From assembly GCF_009914755.1 (NCBI RefSeq), contig NC_060931.1: a stretch of DNA of 64,000 bases, one strand, 5' to 3'. The notes beneath the pieces are model-generated. The model was not told where the DNA came from. It was given only the letters and a program-made list of their open reading frames with translations, and searched no databases. This document shows, one piece after another, positions 60,831 through 64,000 of this stretch (positions are counted from its first letter, which is position 1; the number at the start of each line of letters is the position of its first letter). The stretch is from the human T2T-CHM13v2.0 reference genome, Homo sapiens. The translations under genes were made by a program, and so were the position numbers.

Positions 60831-61762
60831 CACAGCACTAGTCCCTAGGACCTTGACTCAGGCCCCACCCTCCCAGAGCCACAGTCTGGAGGAGATAGCC
60901 TCACAGAAAGCTGTTATACTGGAGTGGGATACATTTCTGTAATTTACAGTGTTCATTGTTCACCTCTAATTTCTGTTCTTAAAGACAGAACTCATCAAGG
61001 GACTTCAGACTTCCAAGTTATTTTCAGAAAGGAATGAGGTAGAAATAAGTGTCAGTACAGTTAACAAGTCCAAGGAGAAGGCTTACTCTGTAAGTGTTGG
61101 CTCCAAGCAGAGCTGCTCCCTGAACGTGGCTCCCCGGCCAGCTCAACCACAACCCTGTGGCCTGGTGTGGCAGTCCCTGGCAGGGCCAACAAAGCCACAG
61201 CCTTCTCAGAGCCCAGTCCCATGAAGTCACACACAGAGGAGCATGCTCTGGAGGCTCCCAGAACAAGCCAGGGACCTAAGTGAAGACACTCCCAAGACCA
61301 GCACCCATGCCGCCTGTCCTGCCCTCTCTGAATTGGTGGCCAGTTCCCCTCTCCACCCTGACACAAGTGCAGGCCTTGAAGCTGAAGTCTCCTGGCCCTA
61401 CTAAAATGGTTCCTTGTGTAGGAATGGTGACCCTCAAGAGGGAAGCAATGCAGATTTTGAAACTTGACAGAATTAAAGCAACTGTAGGTCTTTACTACCC
61501 GCCTGACCAGCTACAGAGAAAAGTGGAAGCCAACTGTGCTCTGCAAACTGTTCTGTAGTCTGGCAGTCTCCTTCCTCTCCCCCTCTGCCTGCTGTCCTCA
61601 AAACTTAAGAATCAGCAGAAACGGAGTGGCCTGAGGGCAAACACCCATGCAAACAGTTCCAGTGCCCTCCAGTGCTTCCCAGGCTGCTGGGCAGGCTGGG
61701 CTTCGCAGGCACACAGGCCACAGGTGTCTGTTTAGATCTGGGCTCTATTCTCTATGATGGTG

Positions 61763-62053
<291 letters not shown>

Positions 62054-62059
62054 CAACAG

Positions 62060-62330
62060 TGTTTTTTTTAAAAAAAAACCTTTTGTCTACAACCCTAAAT
62101 AAGAATTACATTTTATGTTGTGAACCAACACTTATGCAAACACACACCCACTCACATGCAAGCATGAACTAAGATGAATGAAATGATACTTTCATACCAT
62201 GCACATTGCATCCTGATATTTTGTTCTGTTCTGTTTTCTTTTTAAATATTGTTGGTTGCAATTCACCAAACTGATCGATTTTATGACAAGTTCCAAACAA
62301 GTTCTAAAGCAAAGTTTAAAAAACACTGTA
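62060..62330. mobile_element. hAT-Charlie-like relic
   Basis: Ends CAGTGTTTTTT...AAAAAACACTG are inverted repeats; resembles 43210-43670. Confidence 0.5.
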
Positions 62331-62824
62331 TGAGGAGCCTGTGTTGGCCAAGGAGCTGTTTTTTGTTTTTTTTTAATTGGCTATGAAATTCTCCCCAGTC
62401 ATGAAAGGAGGACATAGTTAATAAGGCCCCTCTCCCAGCATCCACCCAGTCCCACGTCACCCAGGCAATTAAGTTGTTAAGGGAGCTGCTGAGTGGGGAG
62501 TGTCTGTGCCTTATGGGAGGCAAGAAAGAAGTGGCATGGCGCTCAATGTCACAGTAAAGCAAACTTTTTTTCTTCTATTAGCATAAGGAAGTTCTCAAAG
62601 CAGAAAAAAGAAGTAGACAAAGAGCACAGGTCAGTTCAAGTCAGCCTGGAAATGTCTTACGGAACCCAGAAAAGGGGAAGAATGAGCTCCAAACTCCTGG
62701 CCAACACAGTCATCTCTCAATTGCTGAGTCCCAGGGGGATTTACTTCCACTAGGAAATCATTTCACTGGCCACTTCCCCCATCCCACCCAATGAAGGTAG
62801 ATGAGGGCGGGGGCCCAGGGCAGG

Positions 62825-63040
62825 AGAGCACAGAATATGGAATCAGGCATTCTGGGCTGAATTCTAGCTTCTCTCGTAGTGACCTTGGGCAACCTTATTT
62901 CACTGGTCTGGGCCTCTGTCTACCTCTGTAAAACAGAGGTAATACCATTACTGTGCAGGGTTGCTGGAGGAATAAACAGAAACCACCCTGCGTTGTGCCT
63001 TGCACAGTCAGTGGTGGTGAGTAAACAGTCACTGGTGTTA
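62825..63040 (+). mobile_element. MIR
   Basis: GTGACCTTGGGCAA..CTGTAAAACAGAGGTAATA..CAGGGTTGCTGGAGGAATAAA. Confidence 0.75.
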
Positions 63041-63442
63041 TTACTGTGACAAACGCTGGGATCTTACCAAATCTCTGTTATGCCAGTGTTGCTCTGTAAC
63101 GCATCTGCCAGCTGGGCAGTCCCCTTAGCTGTGATCTGATTCTGGATAAGCCTGAAAGAAGAACATAACTTGTATAAAATCCATAATACTGGATCAAATT
63201 TGACCCCTTCGTAAGGGAGTTGCAAGGGTGTTTTGGGATAAGAGACAAGTTGGTCAGGGGAAGAACTGAGTCCATGTGACTTTGTATCTGGCTAAAAGTG
63301 TCCAGGTAAGATCCACTAGAGTAAAGGATAGCTTGATATTTTTTAAATTTTCTGTTTGTTTTTATAGTGAACATAATGTAATACATGAACTGATGTGTGT
63401 GTTTGCATTTTTCACTGCAGAGGTGCATAATCAAAATATTTG

Positions 63443-63711
63443 GGGCCGGGTGCAGTGGCTCACACCTGTAATCCCAGCACTTTGGGAGGCCGAGGTGGGT
63501 GGATCACGAGCTCAGGAGATCGATACCATCCTGGCCAACCTGTCTCTATTAAAAATACAAAAAAATTAGCTGGGCATGGTGGTGTGCACCTGTACTCCCA
63601 GCTACTCGGGAGACTGAGGTAGGAGAATTGCTTGAACTGGGAGGTGGAGGTTGCAGTGAGCCAAGATCGTGCCACTGCACTCCAGCCTGGGTGACAGAGT
63701 GAGACTCCATT
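63443..63711 (+). mobile_element. AluSc-like lacking a normal A tail
   Basis: Starts GGCCGGGTGCAGTGG; small left-arm deletion; ATATTTGG(G) on both flanks. Confidence 0.88.
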
Positions 63712-64000
63712 TATATTTTTATATATATTTGGGAGACCACCAATCTGAACAACAAATTGTAAGAAACACACCATGGGACAGGAAGTCTGACGTCTCCTTC
63801 CAGGTAGCTAGGGAAAGGCAAGGCAGGTTTTAAAGTTAAGAGGCTACCAACATGCAAGAGGGAGGGAGGAGAAACAGTTATGCTGCCATGAAATAGTTCT
63901 CATGAATAGTTCTCATGGGGCTCAGTGGAAAAGCTTTAATAATGGGGACTCTGAGAATGCACCCCATTGTTCTGGGTAGCAGTGATTCAAATGAAACAAA

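Overview
Primate (very likely human) genomic DNA, mostly intergenic and rich in interspersed repeats. I see no intact cellular protein-coding gene. Positions 1-~5150 are AT-rich and free of recognisable repeats, and resemble the 3' UTR/poly(A) region of an unidentified + strand gene. Next is a full-length processed pseudogene of PSMC5 (5173-6507, 16-bp TSD, poly(A) tail) carrying an extra 71-nt segment after codon 32. The rest is Alu, old L1M, L2, MIR, MaLR/ERV solo LTRs, DNA-transposon relics and a ~570-bp TA-rich minisatellite. A full-length L1PA2-like element lies on the minus strand (~48170-54197): ORF1 and ORF2 are dead, but ORF0, the YY1 site and both antisense splice donors are retained. 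A repeat-poor block at ~57.4-59.4 kb contains a candidate exon. I found no convincing novel biological system. The best leads are the possible poison-exon isoform fossilised in the PSMC5 retrocopy, a possible L1 antisense-promoter/ORF0 chimeric transcript, and an unexplained 72-bp dispersed duplication. Repeat family names come from recalled consensus sequences, and boundaries without a TSD are approximate.
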